From: a virus
Taxonomy: Duplodnaviria; Caudoviricetes
Length of the DNA: 45,803 nt
Direction: 5' to 3' (one strand)
IMG/VR virus record: IMGVR_UViG_3300020686_000006
Span: 1-45,803 of that record
The translations under genes and the position numbers were made by a program. A model generated the notes under the pieces. It did no database searches, had not been told where the DNA came from, and saw only the letters and a list, made by a program, of their open reading frames with translations. Below, piece after piece: positions 26,389-35,457 of this stretch. How positions within the stretch are numbered: position 1 is the first letter of the stretch; the number at the start of each line of letters is the position of its first letter.

Positions 26389-27063
26389 ATGGCTTATGTA
26401 TCAATATCAAGAGATTTAATTAACGATATCAAGAAAGGCATGAACAACATGTGTAGTGCTGAGGCTGAGTCGTATCCCGAGGCTACTCAAAGTGTATTAG
26501 TAGATTCGTTCGATGATCGTGTGATGGAGCTATTGTGGGGTGAAGATAAGGCAATCATGTCATCCATTCCTGTTAGCTTTACACATCAAGTATCGTCAAT
26601 CAGAGTTAACTTAATTGTGCCTAATGAAGACGGTACAGTAAGTGATTCATGGAAGAGTAGAACAGAGTTTTACATCAAACCAAACGCAGGCGTTTTTGTT
26701 GCTCCTAATCGTGAGAGTAATCCAACTGAACTAACAATTAATTCATTGGCAATAGATGACCCATTCGTTAAAGAGTGGATGGATTATAAAATTATAATTC
26801 GTGACATTAATCTTAAGTGGGATAAGTTAACAAGACAAGTTACCACATTCATTGAGGGTTGTAAGTCACTTAATGAAGCTCTTAAGTTATGGCCTGATGT
26901 TAGGTTGTATATTCCAATCAAGTACATGGAGCGTATAGAGAAGAAGGTTGAGAAGAGCAACGCAGTATCATCTAGCGCAGTAGACGCACTTAAAAATATC
27001 GACACAGACTTTGCAGTTGGTGCAGTGGTTGGTGCTCGTATGGCGATGGCAGGTAACAAATAA
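26389..27063 (+). CDS. Nmad5-like protein
   Basis: N-terminal V.IS..L...I and C-terminal SLNEALKLWP..IP resemble nucleotide-modification-associated domain 5 (by eye). Confidence 0.5.
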   Translation: MAYVSISRDLINDIKKGMNNMCSAEAESYPEATQSVLVDSFDDRVMELLWGEDKAIMSSIPVSFTHQVSSIRVNLIVPNEDGTVSDSWKSRTEFYIKPNAGVFVAPNRESNPTELTINSLAIDDPFVKEWMDYKIIIRDINLKWDKLTRQVTTFIEGCKSLNEALKLWPDVRLYIPIKYMERIEKKVEKSNAVSSSAVDALKNIDTDFAVGAVVGARMAMAGNK

Positions 27064-27206
27064 TGATACACGACCCAACGCTTAGTTACGCTTTGAATGA
27101 TCTCCACCTTCGGGTGGATGAACTAGAGAAACGCTTGGCTCGTATCGAGTCAAGACTTGTGCAACTTATGATTCACTTAGGAGCAGACCCGCATGGCAAA
27201 AATTAA
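27063..27206 (+). CDS. Small coiled-coil protein (47 aa)
   Basis: Not in ORF track. TAATG coupling; ..LEKRLARIESRLVQLMIHLGADP. Confidence 0.6.
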   Translation: MIHDPTLSYALNDLHLRVDELEKRLARIESRLVQLMIHLGADPHGKN

Positions 27207-27492
27207 TTCACCTATCACGGCTAATAGCTACCAAGTCGGTGGCGAACATTACACAAATAAAGGTATCCAACCTTGGGATGCTATGGCGGCTTGGATGTCG
27301 CCTGATGAGTTCGAGGGCTTCATTCGTGGTAATGCAATCAAGTACCTAGCAAGATACAAAGACAAGGAAGGTTTAAAAGATGTTCTCAAAGCACAACATT
27401 ATGTCGCTAAGTTGGTGGAACTCATTACGCCACAAGCCCCAGTTAAAAGAGGACGAGGTAGACCGCTTGCTAAAGCGGGTAAACGGAGGTGA
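27193..27492 (+). CDS. DUF3310 (SaV-like / T7 gp1.7-like) protein with C-terminal AT-hook
   Basis: QVGGEHY..IQPWD..GF..GNAIKYLARY..K....D..KA.HY; KRGRGRP tail. Confidence 0.85.
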   Translation: MAKINSPITANSYQVGGEHYTNKGIQPWDAMAAWMSPDEFEGFIRGNAIKYLARYKDKEGLKDVLKAQHYVAKLVELITPQAPVKRGRGRPLAKAGKRR

Positions 27493-27493
27493 T

Positions 27494-27763
27494 ATGAGCG
27501 TACTAAACACAAACACAGCAACTTCGTACAAAATAGCGCAAAGCCCCACATCTTATGACATAAACACTATGACAAATAGGATAGCACCTACGAACAGACA
27601 AATGATTAGCGTAGATATAGAGAAAGTTGAGAATGGTTTCATCTTAATATCTCATAGGCTAATGACTGAATCAAAGACATTCCAGTGGATAGCTAAAGAT
27701 ATAGATGAACTCAGAGATTTGATTACCGCTGAGATGGTAGACAAAGTATTGAAGGGGGAATGA
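27494..27763 (+). CDS. Hypothetical protein
   Basis: ATG 27494 with GGAGG SD; IEKVENGFI motif. Confidence 0.7.
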   Translation: MSVLNTNTATSYKIAQSPTSYDINTMTNRIAPTNRQMISVDIEKVENGFILISHRLMTESKTFQWIAKDIDELRDLITAEMVDKVLKGE

Positions 27764-28146
27764 TGAGTTCAATGACAGGCATAGTTAACCCAGTAAACAC
27801 GTGGTGTTTGTCTAACGGAAGCACCGCCGATGGAATATGTACTAGGTATGATGTTAACCCAACGGCTCTTTATTCCTTTTGTAATGCAGTTGTTAGTGAG
27901 TTTGGTACGTTAAGAGTTGAATCTAAGGCTGAAAAGGACAAACTGTTTAACGTTATATCTAGGCATGAGCTTGAGATGAATCGTATGACAGACCTTATTA
28001 GAGAAATCAATGCGAAGTATGTAGAACACCAGGAGTTTTTTAAATGGATGATCGAGACGAACAACCCCATATACCAGGAATACTTGAGACACACTACGGT
28101 ATTACAGATTATGAAGGCATCGCAGGAGAAAGAAGCGAAGGAATGA
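27760..28146 (+). CDS. Hypothetical protein
   Basis: ATGA-coupled ORF, 128 aa. Confidence 0.7.
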   Translation: MMSSMTGIVNPVNTWCLSNGSTADGICTRYDVNPTALYSFCNAVVSEFGTLRVESKAEKDKLFNVISRHELEMNRMTDLIREINAKYVEHQEFFKWMIETNNPIYQEYLRHTTVLQIMKASQEKEAKE

Positions 28147-28373
28147 TTGAGGTATCCCCGAAGATAGTTCCGTACAACACAGGCAAGGTATTGATTGGTT
28201 GCAACTATTACCCACATGTTAACTACCACAACGAGGATCAAGACTGGGTGCAAGAGATTCTACTTGGCATTGAGCGCAGTAGGCTTGAGGATAATCTGTT
28301 TGTTGTTGTCATGTATGCACTTGGTATATACACTGTGCTTGGTCTTTTAACAAGGAGTTGGTATGAATCTTAG
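28143..28373 (+). CDS. Small membrane protein
   Basis: ATG 28143; VPYNTGKV.IG..Y..DQDWVQ..LL and a C-terminal TM. Confidence 0.7.
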   Translation: MIEVSPKIVPYNTGKVLIGCNYYPHVNYHNEDQDWVQEILLGIERSRLEDNLFVVVMYALGIYTVLGLLTRSWYES

Positions 28374-28524
28374 CCAAGGCAAATTAGCGGATGGTCTTAT
28401 CGACGAAATGCTAGAACTAATTCACAAGTACGACGAAACGCTTTACATGGCAACAGTTATTGGATGCGTGGAGTTAGTAAGGCAACAGTTAATCAATGAT
28501 GCTATGGGGGAAGATGATGACTAA
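28363..28524 (+). CDS. Small acidic helical protein (53 aa)
   Basis: Not in ORF track. AAGGAG SD; MNLSQGKLADGLIDEMLELIHKYDETLYMATVIGCVELVRQQLI.. Confidence 0.65.
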   Translation: MNLSQGKLADGLIDEMLELIHKYDETLYMATVIGCVELVRQQLINDAMGEDDD

Positions 28525-28960
28525 AGAAGAAATAATTGAATTGGCTAGAGAGGCTGGGGGTTACTATTCTAAAAAATATCCTGATGAATGGCGTTTGGAT
28601 GATGAGGATTTAGTACGTTTTGCCAAACTGATAGCAGAAAAATCAAAGCAAGAGCAGGATGAGCCTTCGGCAACATTGATTGAGCACTACGCATTTACGG
28701 ATGGTATTGTGCGTTTTGACGGAGTGGAAAACATGGAGCAGTTACCTGTGGGGACAAAGCTCTACACCAAACCACAATACCGCAAACCTTTGACGGATGA
28801 CGAATTTTTGGAATTGTTATTGCGCAAGGGTAACTCTGAACTTCTCCACTACACAACTTTTGTTGGAGGCTCAATTCAGATGCAAGGGAAAATTGGATTG
28901 TTAAAAAGTGCCAAGGTTATTAAAGAATTTATTGAAGAATGTTACGGAATAAAGGAGTAA
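28514..28960 (+). CDS. Hypothetical mosaic protein
   Basis: MTKEEIIELAREAG..L.RFAKL, LPVGTKLYT.P, RKPLTDDE and E..YGIKE micro-modules. Confidence 0.7.
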   Translation: MMTKEEIIELAREAGGYYSKKYPDEWRLDDEDLVRFAKLIAEKSKQEQDEPSATLIEHYAFTDGIVRFDGVENMEQLPVGTKLYTKPQYRKPLTDDEFLELLLRKGNSELLHYTTFVGGSIQMQGKIGLLKSAKVIKEFIEECYGIKE

Positions 28961-28963
28961 CAC

Positions 28964-29149
28964 ATGAGTGAGAAACTGAAACTAACAGTGATCCCTTCTT
29001 CAGATCAAAGAGCTATGAGCAATGATTTGATGGACGAAATACGAGACATTATTAGAGCCCCCAAGTATGACCATTTAACCATTGGGCAGTTAATCGGGAC
29101 GCTTGAAATGTTAAAGATGCACTACTGGAAAACTACCATAGAGGAGTAA
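28964..29149 (+). CDS. Small helical protein
   Basis: AAGGAG SD; KYD..LIGTLEMLK resembles 28363..28524. Confidence 0.7.
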   Translation: MSEKLKLTVIPSSDQRAMSNDLMDEIRDIIRAPKYDHLTIGQLIGTLEMLKMHYWKTTIEE

Positions 29150-29152
29150 GAC

Positions 29153-29530
29153 ATGGATAAACAATGCTCAAGTTGCGGAGGGTTTTGCGGTAAATACTGC
29201 CAACGAGAAAACATCAAGCAAGAACAGGATTACGGCAGTTTACACGACGTTATGCACCAAGCGGCATGGGATGTAGCAATCCCAGTTGCAGAGGGAGACA
29301 TCCGAGCATTAAATCACCGCATTCATAAACTTGAAGGTGAGTTAGTTTGCCTAAATACCGTATCACCAATCAAAGAATGGGTAGGGTTGACTGATGAAGA
29401 TATAGAAAATTGTTTTGACGAGAGTTGTCATCTTAAGGTTGTTGACCCCAAAGGTGGAATCAAAGGAAGTGTAAATATATTTGAAGTAGGCAGAGCGATA
29501 GTACAACTATGCAAGGAGCGCAACACATGA
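29153..29530 (+). CDS. Hypothetical protein with N-terminal Cys cluster
   Basis: CSSCGGFCGKYC; KEWVGLTDEDI..RAI..KERNT module. Confidence 0.7.
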   Translation: MDKQCSSCGGFCGKYCQRENIKQEQDYGSLHDVMHQAAWDVAIPVAEGDIRALNHRIHKLEGELVCLNTVSPIKEWVGLTDEDIENCFDESCHLKVVDPKGGIKGSVNIFEVGRAIVQLCKERNT

Positions 29531-29652
29531 ATGAAGTACTCGAATATCTATTGCTGATGGCTATTCTTGGAGTAGCCGCTGTGTGGATAACTGCAGTCTT
29601 TTGCTTTATGGTTTATTTATTAGGAGTCTATGATGCCGAGACCAAAGAGTGA
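29527..29652 (+). CDS. Possible single-TM microprotein (41 aa)
   Basis: Not in ORF track. AAGGAG SD, ATGA overlap; YLLLMAILGVAAVWITAVFCFMVYLLG. Confidence 0.55.
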   Translation: MNEVLEYLLLMAILGVAAVWITAVFCFMVYLLGVYDAETKE

Positions 29653-29842
29653 CATCACAGGTGGCGTATATGTAGGTATGCGCATGAGCTTTAGGCAACG
29701 AGATATGTTCAATGACCTTGGAGGAACCGCATGGCTAAGAAAATACCTAGATCGACAGCTACTCCAAGAGGAGATACAACTTGGCCTTTCCCCAGGAAAC
29801 TTCTTACTGAACCCCCCAAACGACAACCAAAAAAGAAAGTAG
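29630..29842 (+). CDS. Small putative DNA-binding protein (RHH-like)
   Basis: MPRPKS..VGMRMS..F..LGG..WLRKYL. Confidence 0.6.
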   Translation: MMPRPKSDITGGVYVGMRMSFRQRDMFNDLGGTAWLRKYLDRQLLQEEIQLGLSPGNFLLNPPNDNQKRK

Positions 29843-29877
29843 ATACAGAGCAGTATGAAAGGGCGGTATTCTAAACT

Positions 29878-29965
29878 GGGAGTGCATTTGGTCGTTCGAC
29901 TCGATGGGGCAGAAACAAGGAAAATTCCCCATGTCCGACATCCTGCATTGCCTTGTTAACCTCCC
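29878..29965. ncRNA. Candidate pseudoknotted RNA upstream of the DNA polymerase
   Basis: Five nested helices plus a 7-bp loop-to-flank pairing AACAAGG/CCTTGTT in the intergenic gap. Confidence 0.5.
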
Positions 29966-29986
29966 TCCTCATTCTACTAAAACAAA

Positions 29987-31840
29987 ATGAACAACATTAT
30001 TACACTTGATTTCGAGACCTTTTATTCCAAAGAGTTTGGTCTTAAGAAATACACAACAGAAGCATACATCCGTGACCCACAGTTTGAAGTCATAGGGTTT
30101 GCGTACAAGGTCAACGACGGCAGTTCTAAATGGGTAAGCGGAGACGAGGCGTCGCTGCAGCGGGCTTTACTTGCCCTTCAAATCCACAACAGTTATTTGG
30201 TTTGTCATAACATGGCGTTTGACGGAGCAATCCTAGCGTGGAAGTTCGGCATCATCCCTAAGTACTATATAGATACCCTCTCAATGGCACGACCAGTTAC
30301 AGGTCAATCGGTAGGTGGTTCGCTTGCGGCACTGGCTAAGAAGTTCATGATCGGCGAGAAGGGTACGGAAGTCGTCAATGCTCTTGGTAAACGGCGAGAA
30401 GACTTTACCCCCGAGGAACTAGCAAGGTACGGCGAGTACTGCAAGAACGATGTGGACATTACATACACACTTTATCACATACTTAAACAGTTCAACCCGC
30501 CCAAGGAGATGTATATACAAGACCTGATGTTGCGTATGTATACCGACCCTGTATTGGTACTGGACAAAGACATTTTGGTTAACCATTTGCACGATGTACA
30601 GAACAAAAAAGTTCGCTTGATGGCTAAGATAGATCAGACAATAGGGCGTGAAAGTCTTATGTCTAACCCGAAATTTGCCGAAATTCTGCGAAAAATGGGC
30701 GTAGAACCCCCCATGAAAGTGTCTGCTCGTACAGGAAAGGAGGCTTATGCGTTCAGCAAAACGGACACGGAGTTCACCAAATTACTGGAGCATCCTGACC
30801 AACTCGTTCAGGCAGTGGTTAGCGCAAGGCTTGGGGTTAAGTCAACGATTGAAGAGACTCGTACCGAATCTTTTCTTGAAATAGCAAATCGTGGCAAATT
30901 ACCTATCATGCTTAATTACTGGGGTGCGCATACAGGTCGTGCGTCTGGTGGCGATAAGATGAATCTACAAAATCTCCCTCGTGGTGGCAAGTTGCGTGAG
31001 GCTATTACAGTACCTGAAGGTCATGTCATTGTTGCGTGTGACTCTGCTCAGATCGAGGCAAGAGTAGTTGCGTGGTTAGCCAATGAACCGTTCTTACTCC
31101 AAGGCTTTACTGAGAACCGAGACATCTATTCTGACTTTGCCTCCACAGTCTATGGTCGCACGATAACTAAAGCTGACAAGGTTGAGAGGTTTGTTGGTAA
31201 GACTTGTATTCTTGGTCTTGGTTACGGCATGGGTGCTGAGAAGTTTAAGAATACTCTAAAGGTCGGTATGGGCGGTATCAGTTTGGACATCGAGCTAGAC
31301 GAAGCCAAGCGAATCGTAACGCTATACAGAAGGCAATACTCCAAAATCGCCGAGCTATGGAATGTATTTAACCGAATCTTAGAGGGCATGGCAAATGGGC
31401 TGGAGCGTGAGTTCCATCATGGGCAAGGCATACTCCTGACGTTCGACAACAGTGGTGTTAAGCTACCAAACCATACCATGATAAGGTATCCCAATTTAGT
31501 CAAGACACCTGACGGATTCCAATACGACAACCGTTATGGGGCTACGAAGATATACGGCGGTAAGTTTGTTGAGAATGTCGTGCAAGGACTAGCTAAGATT
31601 GTTGTGTTTGAGCAAATGGCAAAAATAGATCAAGATATGCGTAAAAGAGATAGTCAAGGCGGTCGTTTTAAGGTAGCATTGACAGTTCATGACGAGGTTG
31701 TTTGTGTCGTTCCCAAGTCCGAGGAGGAGTGGGCTACGAACTTAATGCTATGGAGAATGAAGCAGGCCCCCAGCTGGTGTCCGACTTTGCCTCTAAGCTG
31801 TGAAGCTGCGTCTGGTTTAAATTATGCGGAGTGTAAATGA
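29987..31840 (+). CDS. polA: DNA polymerase family A with 3'-5' exonuclease
   Basis: Exo I DFET, Exo II HNMAFD, Exo III YCKND; TGR..NLQN, motif A DSAQIEAR, motif B RFVGKTCILGLGYG, motif C VHDE. Confidence 0.95.
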   Translation: MNNIITLDFETFYSKEFGLKKYTTEAYIRDPQFEVIGFAYKVNDGSSKWVSGDEASLQRALLALQIHNSYLVCHNMAFDGAILAWKFGIIPKYYIDTLSMARPVTGQSVGGSLAALAKKFMIGEKGTEVVNALGKRREDFTPEELARYGEYCKNDVDITYTLYHILKQFNPPKEMYIQDLMLRMYTDPVLVLDKDILVNHLHDVQNKKVRLMAKIDQTIGRESLMSNPKFAEILRKMGVEPPMKVSARTGKEAYAFSKTDTEFTKLLEHPDQLVQAVVSARLGVKSTIEETRTESFLEIANRGKLPIMLNYWGAHTGRASGGDKMNLQNLPRGGKLREAITVPEGHVIVACDSAQIEARVVAWLANEPFLLQGFTENRDIYSDFASTVYGRTITKADKVERFVGKTCILGLGYGMGAEKFKNTLKVGMGGISLDIELDEAKRIVTLYRRQYSKIAELWNVFNRILEGMANGLEREFHHGQGILLTFDNSGVKLPNHTMIRYPNLVKTPDGFQYDNRYGATKIYGGKFVENVVQGLAKIVVFEQMAKIDQDMRKRDSQGGRFKVALTVHDEVVCVVPKSEEEWATNLMLWRMKQAPSWCPTLPLSCEAASGLNYAECK

Positions 31841-32109
31841 TGCCTACGTTACCAAAACAATGGAGTCATTGGCTAGCAGATAGTCATCTCAGAGACACTA
31901 GCCCAACAAAGAAGTACAAAGGTCTTTTCTTTAAAGGTAGAGGACGAGTGTGGCGTGTGGTTGCAGATACATTACAGGTAAGTGAGCCTTATGCGTCTTT
32001 CGATAGATGGGCAAACAGTTATGTAGGTTCTGTCCCTATTCCACAAACAAGAGACGAGTTTCGTGTAGCAATTGATAGCCTTTTAGTGATGACTTGGAAT
32101 CAAAAATGA
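31837..32109 (+). CDS. Hypothetical protein
   Basis: ATGA-coupled, 90 aa, Trp-rich. Confidence 0.65.
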   Translation: MMPTLPKQWSHWLADSHLRDTSPTKKYKGLFFKGRGRVWRVVADTLQVSEPYASFDRWANSYVGSVPIPQTRDEFRVAIDSLLVMTWNQK

Positions 32110-32759
32110 TAATACCCGCTTGGACTTACTCACAACTGAGTACCTTTGAGACATGCCCGAAGAAGTTCTACCATGCTAGGGTAGCCAAGGATTTCCCTGA
32201 GCCTCCTACTGAGGCAACCATATGGGGTGAGAAAGTTCATACTGCTATGGAGCATAGGATTCTAAATAAAACGCCGTTACCCGAGGGTATGTCCCAATGG
32301 GAAAACATAGCAAAGAAAATAGATAATCTGCGTGGGGAGAAATTCTGTGAAATTCAAATGGCAGTTGATAAAAATTTTCAGCCTGCTCCTTGGGGTAACG
32401 CTTGGAGTCGTGGCATTGCGGATGTGGTTGTCAAGCACGATGATCGAGTTGCAATACTCGACCATAAGACAGGAAAGAGAAAGCCAACTGAGCAGCTTAT
32501 GCTTTACGCAGGTTACGCTTTTGCAACTTATCCCGAAGTCAATGTGGTTTCCACAGGATTCATATGGCTTAAAGAGAAAAAGATTGACTCACAGGTATTT
32601 ACAAGGCGTGAAGTGCCAATGATATGGCAAGAGTTTGTGCCTCGTGTAGCCAAGTTAGAGAGAGCGTATGAGACAGGTAAATGGATTGAACGCCCATCGG
32701 GTTTATGTAATGGATGGTGCGCAGTTAAATCTTGTAAATTTTACAAAGACAAAAGATGA
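32106..32759 (+). CDS. PD-(D/E)XK exonuclease (Cas4/RecB-like)
   Basis: WTYSQL..FETCP, G..VH..ME, GIAD..ILDHKTGK..QLMLY, C-terminal C.GWC...C (four Cys, possible Fe-S cluster). Confidence 0.85.
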   Translation: MIIPAWTYSQLSTFETCPKKFYHARVAKDFPEPPTEATIWGEKVHTAMEHRILNKTPLPEGMSQWENIAKKIDNLRGEKFCEIQMAVDKNFQPAPWGNAWSRGIADVVVKHDDRVAILDHKTGKRKPTEQLMLYAGYAFATYPEVNVVSTGFIWLKEKKIDSQVFTRREVPMIWQEFVPRVAKLERAYETGKWIERPSGLCNGWCAVKSCKFYKDKR

Positions 32760-32855
32760 ACGATAAAGATATCCAAATGCTTTTAATTGGTATCGGCATT
32801 AGATTATTTGCGGCGGTCGTTTTAGCAATAGCGACAGCCTTTTCGGAGATGAAAG

Positions 32856-33158
32856 ATGGCGAGAACACCTGAAGGTAGAGTTAAAGATGATGTTAAGAAG
32901 AGGTTAAAGCAACACGATATATGGTATTTCTGCCCGATGCAAAACGGATTCGGTGTAGTTGGAATACCTGATTTTATTTGTTGCGTTAATGGACACTTCT
33001 TGGCGATAGAGACCAAAGCTCCTGGTAAAGCTAATAACACCACTCCAAACCAAGACAGGGTTATTAAAGAAATTAGGGAACATTGGGGAACAGTACTCAT
33101 CATCGACGATGTTGAGATTTTAGATATGTATATTAAGGGGTTGAAAGATGGCAAATAA
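32856..33158 (+). CDS. VRR-NUC nuclease (Holliday junction resolvase-like)
   Basis: TPEGRVK..GIPDFICC..G.FLAIETKAPG..T..Q. Confidence 0.88.
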   Translation: MARTPEGRVKDDVKKRLKQHDIWYFCPMQNGFGVVGIPDFICCVNGHFLAIETKAPGKANNTTPNQDRVIKEIREHWGTVLIIDDVEILDMYIKGLKDGK

Positions 33159-33432
33159 AGGTGGGCCTAAAAAGGCAGCTTACGACAAGGCATACGAATC
33201 TACACCTGCTCACATTAAAGAGCGTGAAGAGCGTAACAAAGCTCGTGCAATTATGATTAAAGAAGGTCGTGCCAAGAAGGGCGATGGCAAAGACATTGAC
33301 CATATCAAGATGCTTGATGCAGGCGGTAAAAATGTAGCGAAGAATCTACGAGCAGTGCCTGCTAAGACCAACAGAAGTTGGAGAGATGACCACGGCAAAA
33401 TATACGGCGACAACAAAAGCACCAAAAAATGA
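33148..33432 (+). CDS. HNH-like small basic protein
   Basis: R..RNKAR..GDGKDIDHIK.L..GG.N...NLR....NRS. Confidence 0.75.
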   Translation: MANKGGPKKAAYDKAYESTPAHIKEREERNKARAIMIKEGRAKKGDGKDIDHIKMLDAGGKNVAKNLRAVPAKTNRSWRDDHGKIYGDNKSTKK

Positions 33433-34994
33433 TCGTCAGACAAGATAAAAAAGCGTTAATTTATAAATTACGCAACCCCTCTAGGATAACAACTGTTGTG
33501 CCAACTGCAAGGTTAGTGCAACACAAAGGCGATACGCTAGTCGCTGTGCCCCATCGTCCTGATGAGGTTAAAGTACTACGCAACTTGGGGTTTGATGCGC
33601 CTGACCCGATGTCCTACTATTACAAATGGCCTGGTAGGTTTAAGCCGTTCGATGCTCAAGTAACGACGGCTAACTTTTTGTCTATGAACGACCGAGCCTT
33701 TTGTCTTAACAGTATGGGACTAGGTAAAACAGTTACATCGCTATGGTCTTACGACTATATGCGTGAGATTAAGTTAGTTAAGAAAGCGTTAATCATTTGT
33801 CCACTCTCCACGATGGAGCGTACTTGGGCTGATGAAGTATGGCGGACTTTCCCCCATCTCGAATGTGCAGTACTGTATGGTTCAAGAGCAAGAAGAATTA
33901 AGTTACTCAACCAAAATGTTGACATTTATATTATTAACACCGATGGAATCAAAACTATTGAGCGTGAACTCGCCGACAGGGAAGACATTGACCTTATTAT
34001 TGTCGATGAGATTGCCATGTTCCGCAATGCAGGAACTGACAGATGGAAAACCCTTAACAGTATATGCAATAAACAATCTCCAAGAAGAGTGTGGGGACTC
34101 ACAGGCGCTCCTATACCGCATCAACCAACAGATGCTTGGGCGCAGTGTCGTATTATTCGACCTACAAACCCAGATGTACCTAAATACTATTCAAAGTTCA
34201 GAGACATGGTGATGAGGCAGATAACTCAGTTTATCTGGGTTCCTCGTGAAGATGCTGTTCAAACTGTACAACGCTGTATGCAACCTGCTATTCGCTTTGC
34301 ATTAGATGACTGTATAGACTTGCCCGAGCAGATTATTACGCATCGTGAGATCGAGATGTCGCCTGAACAAAAGACTGCATATAAAGCAATGCTTGAGAAG
34401 TTACTTGCTGAATACGATGGAGGTGAAGTACTCGCAGTCAACGAAGCAGTTAAAGCCAACAAGTTAATCCAAATTGCTTGTGGTGTTGCTTACGATAAAC
34501 AAGGTGGTGAAATCTATATCCCTAATAAACCTCGCATGGATGCACTAAAGGAAATCATTGAGGAGTCCGAGGGTAAAGTATTGGTATTCGTTCCACTTAC
34601 AGGAGTGTTAAAGTTTGTAGCAGATGAACTCTCCGCCATTTGGCCTACCGCTATGGTGTATGGGGATGTGCCCAAAGCACAACGAGACGACATCTTTAGT
34701 AATTTCCAAGAGACGATAGACCCTCATGTAATTGTCGCTAACCCGACAACTATGAGTCATGGACTAACATTAACTAAAGCTACCACAATCATATGGTTTG
34801 CTCCAATACATAGCAACGATGTTTATATTCAAGCCAATGCTCGAGTTCGCAGACCTGGGCAGACTAAAACGACAGTGATTGCTCACATCGCAGGAAGCGG
34901 TGTAGAACAAAAGATTTATAAAAGGCTCGAGAAAAAAGAAGCCTTACAGGGGTCACTACTAAATATCATCAAAGAGGAGCAAGAATTAGTATAA
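33429..34994 (+). CDS. SNF2-like SF2 helicase
   Basis: PFDAQ, MGLGKT, IICP, IIVDEIA, LTGAP, HGLTLT, QANARVRRPGQ. Confidence 0.92.
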   Translation: MIVRQDKKALIYKLRNPSRITTVVPTARLVQHKGDTLVAVPHRPDEVKVLRNLGFDAPDPMSYYYKWPGRFKPFDAQVTTANFLSMNDRAFCLNSMGLGKTVTSLWSYDYMREIKLVKKALIICPLSTMERTWADEVWRTFPHLECAVLYGSRARRIKLLNQNVDIYIINTDGIKTIERELADREDIDLIIVDEIAMFRNAGTDRWKTLNSICNKQSPRRVWGLTGAPIPHQPTDAWAQCRIIRPTNPDVPKYYSKFRDMVMRQITQFIWVPREDAVQTVQRCMQPAIRFALDDCIDLPEQIITHREIEMSPEQKTAYKAMLEKLLAEYDGGEVLAVNEAVKANKLIQIACGVAYDKQGGEIYIPNKPRMDALKEIIEESEGKVLVFVPLTGVLKFVADELSAIWPTAMVYGDVPKAQRDDIFSNFQETIDPHVIVANPTTMSHGLTLTKATTIIWFAPIHSNDVYIQANARVRRPGQTKTTVIAHIAGSGVEQKIYKRLEKKEALQGSLLNIIKEEQELV

Positions 34995-35053
34995 ACCCCT
35001 ATCGCAAACAGGTGCAAATCTGTTAACCTTAACCCCCCTCAAGGAAATTAACC

Positions 35054-35434
35054 ATGAAACTTTCAGAACTGGTACAAAAGTACATTGAACTAAGAGATAA
35101 AAAAGCAGAATACAAAGCCGAGTATGAGGCCAAGGTATCGAAACTAGAAGTGGTATTAGAAAAGATAGAAGGCACGTTGCTGAAGACTTTCGATTCAGCA
35201 GGAATGGACTCGATTAAAACCGAGTTTGGAACTGCTTATACCACTACAAAAACAAGCGCATCTGTGGCAGATAAAGATGCGTTCATGACACATGTGAAGT
35301 CCAATGAAGATTGGCAACTCATGGAAATTCGTTGTTCTAAAACAGCCGTTGAGCAATACAAGGCGGAACACGATGACTTACCCCCAGGAGTCACCTGGAG
35401 AGCAGAACGTGCGGTTAACATCCGTCGTTCTTAA
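35054..35434 (+). CDS. Coiled-coil replication-region protein
   Basis: LVQKYIELRD coiled coil, SIKTEFGTAY, PPGV; directly upstream of the SSB-like gene. Confidence 0.75.
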   Translation: MKLSELVQKYIELRDKKAEYKAEYEAKVSKLEVVLEKIEGTLLKTFDSAGMDSIKTEFGTAYTTTKTSASVADKDAFMTHVKSNEDWQLMEIRCSKTAVEQYKAEHDDLPPGVTWRAERAVNIRRS

Positions 35435-35457
35435 TTTAACCCTAATGGAGAATCACG

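Noticed and set aside
18678-29965. Known self-cleaving ribozymes (hammerhead, twister, pistol) or tRNA in the structured intergenic regions
   Set aside because: Could not find the CUGANGA/GAAA core, twister or pistol consensus, or a cloverleaf with CCA by eye; an Rfam scan is still needed.
33148-33432. Mobile HNH homing endonuclease
   Set aside because: Only 94 aa, lacks an extra DNA-binding domain, and is translationally coupled between VRR-NUC and helicase like a core gene.
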